Source: Bacillota bacterium (lineage in GTDB: Bacteria; Bacillota; DTU025). From it: a stretch of 64,000 bases of DNA. This document shows positions 20,801 through 30,378 of the stretch, in pieces. The notes below the pieces were generated by a model. It was not told the DNA's origin, ran no database searches, and worked only from the letters and a program-made list of their open reading frames with translations. Made by a program: the position numbers and the translations under genes. The stretch's first letter is position 1, and the number at the start of each line of letters is the position of its first letter. The stretch is from positions 352,001 to 416,000 of the forward strand of contig JBMNJT010000002.1 of assembly GCA_050951805.1 (NCBI GenBank), given 5' to 3'.

Positions 20801-23182
20801 GCGCGTGAGCATACCGCTCAGGTATCTGCCGAAAACAGGTTGGAAAGGGAGAGACTCTTCCGCGAAGGGCAGCTTCCGGTGCTTTATTGCTCGCCCACCA
20901 TGGAATTGGGTGTCGATATCAGAGACTTGGCCGTGGTGAACATGCGCAACGTTCCTCCGAACCCTGCAAACTACGCGCAGCGGAGCGGACGCGCCGGGAG
21001 AAGCGGACAGCCTGCCCTTGTGGTCACGTATTGCTCTACCTTCAGCTCTCACGACCAATATTTCTTCCGCCGGCCGGAGCTGATGGTTGCAGGATCTGTT
21101 CTGCCGCCACGCATGGAACTTGCAAATGAGGACCTACTTAGGGCGCACATCCACTCAATGCTCCTATATGAGGCCCAGATCTCCCTAGGGTCATCGATGG
21201 TCGAGGTATTGGACATGTCGGGCGAGAAGCCGACTCTTGCTGTAAATGAAAGCATTGCGTCTGCCCTGCGGGATAGAGCTATACTGGCTCAGACTCGTGT
21301 TCCCGCGGAACGGGTTCTTGCTTCCTTGAAGCCACAGCTTGAGACGGTTGATTGGTATACAGATCGTTGGCTTGAGGATGTGCTCAACCAAGCCTATATC
21401 AGCTTCGACCGCGCATGTGAGCGGTGGAGGGGCCTTTTCAGATCCGCCAAGGAACAGGCGGATAGGAATCACAAGATTCAGACGGACCTCTCGTGCACCG
21501 ACAATCACAAGAAAGATCGGGCGGAGAGGTTGCATAACGAAGCGATTCGCCAGCTCAAGTTGTTGGCCAACGAAGGAGAGCATGACGACTCTGATTTCTA
21601 TCCGTACCGCTACTTCGCCGGAGAAGGCTTCTTGCCTGGGTACAATTTTCCTCGGCTGCCTTTGTCGGCATACATCCCTGGACAGCGAGGGCACAGAGGG
21701 AAGCGGGAGTTCATCTCGCGCGCGCGTTTCTTGGCCATATCCGAATTCGGCCCGAGATCCTTTGTTTACCACGAAGGCTCCCGATACCAGATTCGCAAGG
21801 TGATTCTGCCCCCTCAGGCGGTTGCAGGGGATGAGAGGGATCTCGCGCTCGAGACCATCAAGCAGTGCACTGCTTGCGGCTGTATCCATCCGTGCAACGA
21901 CGGGGATGACATCGTTATTTGCTCCAACTGCGGGCAGCGACTGGGTGGCGCACTTTCGAGTCTATTCAGGATGACCAATGTTTCCACTGAACGAGCTGCC
22001 AGAATCAACTGCGACGAGGAAGAGAGGCAGAGAGTGGGTTACGACATCCGGGTAGGTTTCAGGTTCGCCAACGTTGGAGGCAAACCCAGCTTTCGGGTAG
22101 CTCAGGTGACATGCGACGACGAGGAGCTTGCCGCTATTACGTATGCGCCTTCGGCGACCATTTCCAAGATCAACTTGGGCTGGCTCAAGCGCAAGGAGGG
22201 CGATGTGCTTCCGGGATTTGTCTTGGATCTGGAAACAGGCCGTTGGGCCAGGGGCAGCAAGACGTTGGAGCGAGTCGACGAGTCTGCTGCCGATGCAGAC
22301 GAGATGTCGAGGAACCAGGAACGCGTCATTCCCTATGTTGATGACACAAAGAATTGCCTTATATTCACTCCCACCTGCATGCTAGACGAATCCGCCATGG
22401 CAACCCTTCAGGCTGCGCTGAAGAGCGCGATTCAGATCAAATATCAGCTGGAGGATTCGGAACTTGCTGCTGAACCTCTTCCCTCGAGGAGTGATCGACG
22501 CCTGATTCTATTCTATGAGGCTGCTGAGGGCGGCGCTGGGGCTCTCAGAAATCTCATCGATGATCCGCAGGCTTTGTCTGAGATTGCCAGAGAAGCCTTG
22601 AGCATATGCCATTACGACCCCGATACCTTGGAGGATCTGGGCGCCGGTTCGGATGTTGATGAAGGGTGCGAGGCTGCGTGCTATGACTGCCTGATGAGTT
22701 ATTCAAACCAGATGGACCATGCGATTCTCGACAGAAAGCACAAGAAGGTATTGGAGTTTCTGGAGAGCATGAAGGACTCGTGTACTGAGGCCTCTCCGGT
22801 GGGTATGCCTCGTGGGGAGCACCTTGAGACTTTATTGGCCAAGTGCGACTCCGATCTTGAACGCAAATGGCTGAAGTTCATATCCGATCTCGACTTGAGG
22901 CTTCCTACAGAGGCACAGAAATATCTGGCCGAGGCCAATACGAGGGTTGACTTCTACTATGAGATAGAGTCAGCTCCTGCTGTGGCCGTATACATAGACG
23001 GTCCTGTTCACGAGATTCGAGATCGTGCGCGGGTCGACAGAGACCAGGAGGCGGGCCTTGCACAACTTGGAATCATGTGCCTGAGGTTCAGCTATGACGA
23101 CGACTGGGAACGGATCATAGCAGAGCACCCGAGCATTTTCGGCAAGATCGAAAGTGGTGCACGGAGAGGTGATATGCAGTGA
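17867..23182 (+). CDS. YprA/SftH-family SF2 helicase with Zn ribbons, DUF1998 and C-terminal DUF559/Vsr-like nuclease
   Basis: TTGTGSGKS, YPMNALANSQ, DELH, SAT, CRECG, CPYCG, SFTDNRQDA, HTAQV, PTMELGVDI, QRSGRAGR, CEAACYDCLMSYSNQ; terminal RVDFYY...AVYIDGPVH. Confidence 0.9.
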   Translation: MGRVFNVFKVRDQLVSDFKDYVTGFIHINDERIRGKVDEEFKHGFLWPEPLIQLNPSYEQTKYVDDLVEEGLLHPECSRIFRRDKTPDSLGKPLRLYKHQEEAIRAASSGGNYVLTTGTGSGKSLAFIIPIVDYVLRNGSGKGIQAIIVYPMNALANSQMEELARYLKHGYHEGREPVTFRRYTGQESMKEREEIQENPPDILLTNYVMLELILTRVHERGLVWAGQGLRFLVLDELHTYRGRQGADVAMLVRRVREAFEAPNLQCIGTSATMASEGDFRDQQAQVAEVASLLFGSAVVPDHVIGETLCRVTPERDLSDPKFIEELRQCITHPESFMPKGYEAFRMDPLSIWIESTLGVRKEKTTERLVRQIPMSITGPKGAGRKLADLTGLDERLCTEAIQNQLAASYDPANAHPQTEAAPFAFKLHQMISRGDTAYASIGSPDERYITLRGQRYVPGEDRSRFLYPLVFCRECGHEYYSVTQVTQTGTGRVCYEPRQFGDVTPDNERDDRSCRPGYLYIDDDKPWPIDDGEVVARVPDNWVEEMATGRRVKRYYQERVPSLVVLSPDGTVAESTDDERILCAFVPSPFQFCPYCGIAHTSILGGEYGKLSTLATEGRSSATTIISLSAVQSLRKCDELDSSTRKLLSFTDNRQDASLQAGHFNDFVQVGLIRSALYKAMTEVGERGLTHDVLPLRVLDALDLPLESYAYGGEHGLDYQARSRARRSMQSVLEYTLYCDLERGWRVNSPNLEQCDLLRIEYIALDELCADESVWSNKHVSLREASPETRKAACEVLLDYMRHGLAINVECLEPDYGEVVRRQSVQNLIEPWAIDEGEKMKTAAALFPGPRPKTRYGGGDDLYASGRGLYCGYLRRSTTFPDYPEKLSLDEAESVLKCLLDALRYGGLIVEVPEYRRRDKNVPGYQVRASGMMWKAGDGTNPRPDPLRTWPGFENLHKANPFFLEHYTGKARKLQGIEAREHTAQVSAENRLERERLFREGQLPVLYCSPTMELGVDIRDLAVVNMRNVPPNPANYAQRSGRAGRSGQPALVVTYCSTFSSHDQYFFRRPELMVAGSVLPPRMELANEDLLRAHIHSMLLYEAQISLGSSMVEVLDMSGEKPTLAVNESIASALRDRAILAQTRVPAERVLASLKPQLETVDWYTDRWLEDVLNQAYISFDRACERWRGLFRSAKEQADRNHKIQTDLSCTDNHKKDRAERLHNEAIRQLKLLANEGEHDDSDFYPYRYFAGEGFLPGYNFPRLPLSAYIPGQRGHRGKREFISRARFLAISEFGPRSFVYHEGSRYQIRKVILPPQAVAGDERDLALETIKQCTACGCIHPCNDGDDIVICSNCGQRLGGALSSLFRMTNVSTERAARINCDEEERQRVGYDIRVGFRFANVGGKPSFRVAQVTCDDEELAAITYAPSATISKINLGWLKRKEGDVLPGFVLDLETGRWARGSKTLERVDESAADADEMSRNQERVIPYVDDTKNCLIFTPTCMLDESAMATLQAALKSAIQIKYQLEDSELAAEPLPSRSDRRLILFYEAAEGGAGALRNLIDDPQALSEIAREALSICHYDPDTLEDLGAGSDVDEGCEAACYDCLMSYSNQMDHAILDRKHKKVLEFLESMKDSCTEASPVGMPRGEHLETLLAKCDSDLERKWLKFISDLDLRLPTEAQKYLAEANTRVDFYYEIESAPAVAVYIDGPVHEIRDRARVDRDQEAGLAQLGIMCLRFSYDDDWERIIAEHPSIFGKIESGARRGDMQ

Positions 23183-26031
23183 ATAGCATGGGTTTCGGAG
23201 TAGGAACTTTGGTTCGAGCAAGGGGCCGTGAGTGGGTGGTACTGCCAGGCTCTGAAGAGGAACTCCTCCTTCTCAGGCCTTTGGGAGGCGAGGGGGAGAT
23301 TGCTGGTATATGCACATCCCTTGAGCCTGTAGAATCTGCTCACTTTGATCTGCCTGATCCGGAGCATGTTGGGGAGTCTTTTTCCTGCCGGATGTTGCGG
23401 GATGCGGCAAGGCTCACATCCCGCGCCTACTGCGGTCCTCTGCGCTGTTTGGGCAGGGTTGCCGTGGAGCCCCGCCTATACCAGCTTGTACCCTTGTTGA
23501 TGGCGCTCAAACTCGATCCGGTCAGGGTGCTCATTGCAGACGATGTAGGGGTGGGCAAGACGATTGAGGCTTGCCTCATAGCCCGCGAACTCCTCGATAG
23601 AGGAGAGATTACTCGAACCGCTGTGCTCTGTCCACCACACTTGGCAGAGCAGTGGCAGGTGGAAATGGCCGAAAAGTTCCACATTGAAGCTGAGCTTGTT
23701 CTTTCGTCCACCGCATCTCGCCTCGAACGCAACTGCGCTATGGGGCAGTCTCTCTTCGAGGTGTATCCACACGTGATCGTCTCTCTTGATTTTATTAAGA
23801 CAGACCGCAGACGCGAGGAATTCCTCAGGACGGCGCCGGAGTTCGTGATCATAGATGAAGCCCATACATGCGCTTTCGGCTTTGAAAGACGTGGAAGGCA
23901 TCAAAGGTATGAGCTGGTGTCGAAGCTTGCAGCCGATCCTGACCGTCATATGGTGTTTGTTACAGCCACTCCGCACAGCGGCAAGGAAGACGCGTTCCGT
24001 TCGCTCATAAGCTTTCTCGATCCTGAGTTTTCCTATTATCCGGAGGATCTTTCAGGACCCGACAACGAGCCCCGTCGCCGCCGGTTGGCTCAGCACTTAG
24101 TCCAGCGTCGGCGGGCTGACATAGAACACTACCTTGACGCTGAGACTCCCTTTCCCAGGCGGGATGCGCAGGAGGCTCATTACACGTTGCACACCGGCTA
24201 CAAGCAGCTGTTCGATGAGGCCATAGATTATGCGAGGGAGACTGTGGCGGACGAATCGGGAGATTTTCATAGGCAGAGGGTGAGATGGTGGTCGGCGCTC
24301 GCCCTCCTTCGCGCCTTGGGATCGAGCCCTAGGGCAGCCGCGGCTACGATGAGGACGAGAGCGGGCGTCGCTGAGGCCGAGACGGTGGAGCAGGCAGACG
24401 AGATCGGGAGGCGGACCGTCTTTGATATTGATGCAGATGAGCAGCTTCCTGAAGGGATCGACATAGTGCCGGGGAGCCTAGCGGAATTGGAAGGCGAATC
24501 CGAGGAGGATAAGGAGAGCCAACGCGAAAAGCGGCTGCTATCACGCATGGCGCGGCAGGCAGAAGCCTTGGAAGGCGATAAGGATCACAAGTTGATCAAG
24601 ATGGTTGGTTTTGTGGAGGAGTATATCGATGATGGATATAGCCCCATAGTCTTTTGCCGTTTCATTCCCACCGCTGAATACGTGGCGGAGGAGTTGAGGA
24701 AGCGTCTTCCCAAGGACGTGGAAGTGGCTTGTGTAACAGGGATGCTTCCCCACGTTCTCAGAGAAGAGCGGGTGATGGATCTTGCTAACCACAAGAAGCG
24801 GGTTCTGGTGGCTACTGATTGCTTGTCGGAAGGGCTCAACCTGCAGGAGAGCTTCAACGCTGTCATCCACTATGACCTATCCTGGAATCCTACGAGGCAT
24901 GAGCAAAGAGAGGGCCGGGTCGACAGGTTCGGTCAGAAGAGCCCAAGTGTTCGCGTCCTTACATACTATGGCCTCGACAACCAGATAGACGGAATCGTCC
25001 TCGATGTCCTCCTTCGAAAGCACCAGACGATCAGAAGCAGCCTGGGCATTTCGGTGCCAGTGCCGCTTGACGCGAAGGCTGTGGAGGAAGCTATCTTGGA
25101 AGGACTTCGCCTGCGACAGCCGGAGGACGCTGTTCAGCTTTCGTTGCCAGGCATTGAGGAACAGGTCTATGTGGCCAGGTCCGAGTTTGAAGCGATTTGG
25201 GACAAGTCCGCCCAAAGGGAGAAGCGATCGAGAACGGTGTTTGCCCAGGATTCGTTGAAACCTGAAGAGGTTCTGGATGCCCTCGAGGAGGCGCAAGGCT
25301 CGATGATGACGGCTGCCGATGTGGAGCGGTTCTTCGTAGGGGCGGTGAGAAGCTCGGGAGGCGCGGTGCTCTGCCATGATGGTGTGGCGGTTTTCGACCT
25401 GCGTGAGATGCCTCGCGCCTTGAGAGATGCTTTGGGTGCGCCAGAAGTCTTTGAGGCAGCCTTCGATTTGCCGGTCCCTGAAGGGGTTCGCTGGCTTAGA
25501 CGGACTGATCCGTTTGTGGAATCGATGGCCTCCTATGTCTTGGATACCGCCTTGGATGCGCACGGAGAGACGATTGCGCGCCGGGTTGGCGCGATGATGA
25601 CCGACGCGGTGTCCACGCTCACGACGCTGCTTCTGGTGAGGTACAGATATGACATAACAACCTACATGGACATACAGGAGGCTTCGCAGCTGGCTGAGGA
25701 GTGCATTGCCCTAGCCTATGAGGGGCTTCCTACTCAGCCTCGTTGGCTTGAAGATCACCAGGCCCAGGAGCTCCTCGATGTGGAGCCTACGGGCAATGTC
25801 TACCGTGAGCAGGCTTTGTATTTCGTGAGGCAAGCAGTAGATGGCTACGATGGGCTTGTAGAGCATGTGGAGGAGATTGCGCAGCAGAGGGCTGAGGGCC
25901 TCCTTGCGGCTCACAGGCGTGTGCGTTCGGCTGCGCGGATGAAGGGTGTTCGCTACAGGGTTCAGCCCCGTCTCCCCGCAGACATACTGGGCATCTATGT
26001 TTATCTGCCCGACAGGAGGGAGAACGCATGA
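23179..26031 (+). CDS. SNF2-family ATPase (DrmD/RapA-like)
   Basis: GTLVRARGREWVV, LIADDVGVGKTIEA, DEAH, TATPHSG, TDCLSEGLNLQ, WNPTRHEQREGRVDRFGQ; GTGA overlap with the upstream gene. Confidence 0.9.
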   Translation: MNSMGFGVGTLVRARGREWVVLPGSEEELLLLRPLGGEGEIAGICTSLEPVESAHFDLPDPEHVGESFSCRMLRDAARLTSRAYCGPLRCLGRVAVEPRLYQLVPLLMALKLDPVRVLIADDVGVGKTIEACLIARELLDRGEITRTAVLCPPHLAEQWQVEMAEKFHIEAELVLSSTASRLERNCAMGQSLFEVYPHVIVSLDFIKTDRRREEFLRTAPEFVIIDEAHTCAFGFERRGRHQRYELVSKLAADPDRHMVFVTATPHSGKEDAFRSLISFLDPEFSYYPEDLSGPDNEPRRRRLAQHLVQRRRADIEHYLDAETPFPRRDAQEAHYTLHTGYKQLFDEAIDYARETVADESGDFHRQRVRWWSALALLRALGSSPRAAAATMRTRAGVAEAETVEQADEIGRRTVFDIDADEQLPEGIDIVPGSLAELEGESEEDKESQREKRLLSRMARQAEALEGDKDHKLIKMVGFVEEYIDDGYSPIVFCRFIPTAEYVAEELRKRLPKDVEVACVTGMLPHVLREERVMDLANHKKRVLVATDCLSEGLNLQESFNAVIHYDLSWNPTRHEQREGRVDRFGQKSPSVRVLTYYGLDNQIDGIVLDVLLRKHQTIRSSLGISVPVPLDAKAVEEAILEGLRLRQPEDAVQLSLPGIEEQVYVARSEFEAIWDKSAQREKRSRTVFAQDSLKPEEVLDALEEAQGSMMTAADVERFFVGAVRSSGGAVLCHDGVAVFDLREMPRALRDALGAPEVFEAAFDLPVPEGVRWLRRTDPFVESMASYVLDTALDAHGETIARRVGAMMTDAVSTLTTLLLVRYRYDITTYMDIQEASQLAEECIALAYEGLPTQPRWLEDHQAQELLDVEPTGNVYREQALYFVRQAVDGYDGLVEHVEEIAQQRAEGLLAAHRRVRSAARMKGVRYRVQPRLPADILGIYVYLPDRRENA

Positions 26032-29000
26032 AGGGACGTCTTAATGGACGCTTTGCCGCAGTGCGAACTGAGGGCGGTCTGCTTCCTCCTGACCTCATTC
26101 AGCGGATAGCTGCAGGAGACGCCTCTCTGCCCGGCCTTGGCTCAGGGTCTTATCATCTTGCCCGGGGGGAGAGGTTGAATGAAGCGATTGCCCGGTCGTG
26201 GGTGAGGGTGCGTGGCGCGTGGGGAGGATTCTGCGAAGCTTTGGAACAGCTTCCTCAGGATGATCCTGCGGTAAGGCTGACGCGAGAAAGATGGCTTGGC
26301 GTCATATTCCAGGAACTTCACTATGGAAGGCTCCCCAGGGCCAGTGGGCTGGAGATAGAGGGAAAAGCCTACCCAATATCCCACAAGTGGGGCAATGTAC
26401 CCATACATTTGATGGGTTATGGAGTGGACCTGGATAAGCGCACTCCGGGGGTGGCGGGGGCGGCTTCTATGAGCCCACATGGGCTTGTTCAGGAGTACAT
26501 TAACCGCAGCGATGGGCATCTTTGGGGCATAGTGTCGAATGGGCGGAAGCTCAGGCTCTTGCGTGACAACGTGAGCTTGACCAGGCAATCATATATCGAG
26601 TTCGACATTGAGGCGATAATGAGAGGGGAACTGTACTCGGACTTCACGCTGTTTTGGTTGTTATGCCATCAATCGAGGCTGGAGAGCGAGGATCCGTCTG
26701 AATGCTGGCTGGAACAGTGGGCTCAGATTGCAAAGGAGCAGGGAGCTAGGGCCCTCGAGGAGCTGCGCGATGCCGTGGAGGACGCTATTGAGCGGCTCGG
26801 GTCCGGATTTTTGAAGCATCCTGGCAACCAGGAGCTGCGCAGAAAACTGAGAACAGGAGAGCTTTCGGCGGAGGATTACAAGAACCAGCTTCTACGGCTC
26901 ATCTATCGCATCATATTCCTCTTCGTAGCGGAAGATCGGGGTTTGCTCCATCCTGAGGAGACTGACAGGTGCGTTAAGGAGGTCTATGCGGATTACTACT
27001 CTGTGGGAAGACTTAGAAGGCTTGCGGAGCGCCCCCGCGGGGGCAAGCATCATGATCTATATCGTTCGCTTCAGGTGGTGATGGAGGCGCTCGGATCTGA
27101 CGACGGCGCTCCCGAGATCGGCCTTGCGCCAATGGGAGGCGGACTTTGGGCGCCGGATTTTGTGCCCGACTTGGCTCACGCGGATGTCTCCAATGCTGAT
27201 TTTTTGGCCGCCATCAGGAAGCTGACGTTCATGACTAGAGATGGCGTGAGGATGGCTGTGGATTACGCCAACATAGGGCCTGAGGAGATAGGGGGAGTAT
27301 ACGAATCTCTCCTCGAGCTCGCGCCTGACTTGGACGCAGATTCAGGGCACTTCGAGTTGGTTGGGGTCTCCGGCAGTGCCCGGAAGACGACGGGTTCGTA
27401 TTACACTCCTCGAGAGCTGATCCAGTCTTTGCTCGACTCGGCTTTAGATCCTGTGTTGAATGAGGCGGCTCGGCAGCCCTATGCTGAAGAGGCTATTTTG
27501 GGGCTCAAAGTGTGTGACCCAGCATGTGGCAGCGGGGCTTTTCTAATCGCTGCGGCCCACCGAATGGCGGGGAAGCTTGCTTCTGTAAGGACTGGGGATG
27601 ATGAGCCTTCACCTGAAGAGGTGAGAAAGGCTCTGCGGGATGTGATCGGCCGCTGCATCTACGGAGTGGATCTCAATCCTTTGGCTGTGGAGCTTTGCAA
27701 GGTGAACCTGTGGATGGAGACGATGGAAAGCGGCAAGCCTCTCTCATTCCTTGACCACAGGATATTGGTTGGAAACAGCTTGCTCGGAACAGTGCCCGCC
27801 CTCATGGAGCAGGGGATTCCCAATGACGCGTTCAGGGCCATTTCAGGCGATGATAAGAAAATTGCTTCGCAGTGCCGCAGGAGGAACCGCGAGGAAAGGG
27901 ATGCCACCGCCATGTTTGTTGCAGATGGCGAGGGGCACAGCGTGTCGCCGCGTTTTCTCCAAGAAACATCGGGTTTGGTGGAGGCTATTGCCGAGATCAA
28001 TGTACTATCGAATGATGACGTTTTAGAAATAAGGGAGAAGGACGCGCGTTACAAGAAGCTGCTCGAATCGCGCGATTACAGGGGACAGAAGTTCGAGGCT
28101 GATGCCTGGTGTGCCGCCTTCGTGTGGGAGAAGACAAAGAATGCGCCTGAACCCATAACGACTGCAGTGTTTCAGTCGATCAAAGCAAGCCCCGATTGGT
28201 TGGCGCCCGAGGTTCGCGAGGAAGTTGAGAGGATAACCCAGCAGTATAAATTCTTTCACTGGCACTTGGCATTCCCCGACGTTTTCCGCCTTCCTTTCGC
28301 GGGAGAATTGCCCGACAATCCTGACATGGGGTGGTGTGGCGGGTTCGATGTTGTGCTAGGGAATCCGCCGTGGGAGAGACTGAAGATTCAGGAGAAAGAA
28401 TGGTTTGCCAGCAGGCGCCCGGAAATCACTAATGCTCCCAATGCGGCGGCTCGAGCTCGGATGATAAAGGAGTTGAAAGCGGCCGAACCGTGGTTATACA
28501 AGGAGTTCATGGGTGATCTGCGCGTGGCTGACGGGGAGAGTCATTTCATCAGGAATAGCGGTCGGTACCCCCTTTGCGGACGCGGGGACATCAATACATA
28601 CTCCATATTTGCGGAGACGATGAAAAACATCATCTCGCTTTCAGGAAGGGTAGGGGCCGTGATACCTTCGGGCCTTGCCACGGACTACACAACGAGGTTC
28701 TTTTTCCAGGACATTATGGGGGCAGGTGGCCTCCCAGCTCTTGTTAGCTTCTATGACTTTGAAAACCGGCAGGGGATATTTCCGGGAGTTCATCGCAGCT
28801 ACAAGTTCAGCCTGGTGACGATGGCTGGCCCGGGGCAGCCAGCTACGGAAGGCGCGGATTTCGTGTTCTTTGCTCAACGGGTTGAGGACCTGAAGGACCC
28901 AGACCGCCACGTGCGTCTGACCATGCAAGACATCGAATTGCTCAACCCCAACACCCTCACGGTTCCGACATTCAGGTCGAAGCGGGATGCGGAGATCACC

Positions 29001-30005
29001 AAGAAGATCTACAGCCGGGTGCCTGTGCTTATTAGAGAGGCTAGAGAAGGAAAGACCGAGGAGAATCCGTGGGGCTTGAGCTTCATGGCGATGTTTCACA
29101 TGGCCAATGATTCCGGCCTCTTCCGCACTTGGACCCAGCTCGAGGAAGAAGGTTGGCGGCTAGAGGGCAACATCTTTGTCAAGGACGGGAAGAAGTATCT
29201 GCCGTTATATGAGGCCAAGATGGTGCATCATTATGACCATAGGTGGGCGACGTATCTGCGGGATGGGGATACCACACGAGACAAGACGTCTGAGGAGAAG
29301 GCAGATCCTGCAAACTGTGTGATGCCGCGATACTGGGTGCCTGAAGAGGAAGTTGAAGCGCGGCTTGCGGGGAAGTGGGATAGGAAGTGGTTGATGGGGT
29401 GGAGGGATGTCTGCCGAAGCACGGATGAGAGGACGATGATTGCTGGAGTAGTGCCGAGGGTGGGGGTGGGGCACAAGTTTCTTCTGATGTTCCCATCGAA
29501 CTGCAGCACTTCCACGATGCTGTGTCTTCTGGCCAATCTTTCGTCTCTAGTGCTAGACTTTGCTGCAAGACAGAAACTTGGAGGTACATCCATGGCATAC
29601 TTCGTGGTCAAGCAACTAGCTGTGCTTCCACCTTCAAGGTATCTGTCGCCCACCCCATGGAATTCTGAATGTTGTCTGGAGCAATGGATAGCGAAACGAG
29701 TAGCAACTCTCCTCATGACCGCAGATGAAATGCAGGAGTCGGATTTTGACATTGATGGAGCGTATGAACCTGCCATGTGGGATGATGAACACCGATTCCA
29801 GGCTAGGTGCGAGCTGGATGCGGCGTTTTTCCACTTGTATGGCGTGGACAGGCATGATGTTGGATACATCCTGGATAAATTCCCCATCGTCAAGGAGCAT
29901 GATGAGAAAGCATATGGAGAGTTCCGAACAAAGCATGAGATTCTGAGAACATATGATGCTATGTCGGAAGCAATCAAGAGTGGGCGAGCGTACAGGCATC
30001 CATGA
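26028..30005 (+). CDS. Large N6-adenine DNA methyltransferase, type IIG/Eco57I-like (DrmMI-like)
   Basis: GGVYESLL, RKTTGSYYTP, motif I CDPACGSGAF, YGVDLNP, FFHWHLAFP, motif IV GNPPW, C-terminal TRD (LPLYEAKM); ATGA overlap. Confidence 0.9.
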   Translation: MKGRLNGRFAAVRTEGGLLPPDLIQRIAAGDASLPGLGSGSYHLARGERLNEAIARSWVRVRGAWGGFCEALEQLPQDDPAVRLTRERWLGVIFQELHYGRLPRASGLEIEGKAYPISHKWGNVPIHLMGYGVDLDKRTPGVAGAASMSPHGLVQEYINRSDGHLWGIVSNGRKLRLLRDNVSLTRQSYIEFDIEAIMRGELYSDFTLFWLLCHQSRLESEDPSECWLEQWAQIAKEQGARALEELRDAVEDAIERLGSGFLKHPGNQELRRKLRTGELSAEDYKNQLLRLIYRIIFLFVAEDRGLLHPEETDRCVKEVYADYYSVGRLRRLAERPRGGKHHDLYRSLQVVMEALGSDDGAPEIGLAPMGGGLWAPDFVPDLAHADVSNADFLAAIRKLTFMTRDGVRMAVDYANIGPEEIGGVYESLLELAPDLDADSGHFELVGVSGSARKTTGSYYTPRELIQSLLDSALDPVLNEAARQPYAEEAILGLKVCDPACGSGAFLIAAAHRMAGKLASVRTGDDEPSPEEVRKALRDVIGRCIYGVDLNPLAVELCKVNLWMETMESGKPLSFLDHRILVGNSLLGTVPALMEQGIPNDAFRAISGDDKKIASQCRRRNREERDATAMFVADGEGHSVSPRFLQETSGLVEAIAEINVLSNDDVLEIREKDARYKKLLESRDYRGQKFEADAWCAAFVWEKTKNAPEPITTAVFQSIKASPDWLAPEVREEVERITQQYKFFHWHLAFPDVFRLPFAGELPDNPDMGWCGGFDVVLGNPPWERLKIQEKEWFASRRPEITNAPNAAARARMIKELKAAEPWLYKEFMGDLRVADGESHFIRNSGRYPLCGRGDINTYSIFAETMKNIISLSGRVGAVIPSGLATDYTTRFFFQDIMGAGGLPALVSFYDFENRQGIFPGVHRSYKFSLVTMAGPGQPATEGADFVFFAQRVEDLKDPDRHVRLTMQDIELLNPNTLTVPTFRSKRDAEITKKIYSRVPVLIREAREGKTEENPWGLSFMAMFHMANDSGLFRTWTQLEEEGWRLEGNIFVKDGKKYLPLYEAKMVHHYDHRWATYLRDGDTTRDKTSEEKADPANCVMPRYWVPEEEVEARLAGKWDRKWLMGWRDVCRSTDERTMIAGVVPRVGVGHKFLLMFPSNCSTSTMLCLLANLSSLVLDFAARQKLGGTSMAYFVVKQLAVLPPSRYLSPTPWNSECCLEQWIAKRVATLLMTADEMQESDFDIDGAYEPAMWDDEHRFQARCELDAAFFHLYGVDRHDVGYILDKFPIVKEHDEKAYGEFRTKHEILRTYDAMSEAIKSGRAYRHP

Positions 30006-30378
30006 CAAAGAGTGATTGGCAAGGAAGCGCTCTCGCCTTGTTTCATTAGGTTCGAGTTTTCATCGTTGATACATGTATGATTGAATCGAGATGTCGGAAT
30101 GTTTTTGCCAGCTGCAGTGGAGAGGCTTCCAGAGGAAGCAATGCTATCTGTAATGTGTGGTAGTGGACGTGGCAACAGTGGTACGTGCATTGCTGCGACA
30201 GTACGCTTGAGTCTCAGGGAGTGGATGGCTTGCCAACCTTGGGAATTGCAGTGAGGGAGCATGGGTCATATGCAGACTCTGGGAATGAAACGGGTGCCCG
30301 ATTTGGTTGAAAACGCAAATTGGGCAAGAGGCCACCACATTGAACGGCAGACACCGGAATCATGGAGTGGTGTGATAG

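Noticed and set aside
17867-30005. Canonical class I DISARM call
   Set aside because: No separate drmA or drmB and no PLD drmC; helicase and DUF1998 are fused and Druantia-like.
29231-30262. 343-aa minus-strand ORF
   Set aside because: Antisense shadow of the methyltransferase 3' end; no motifs or RBS.
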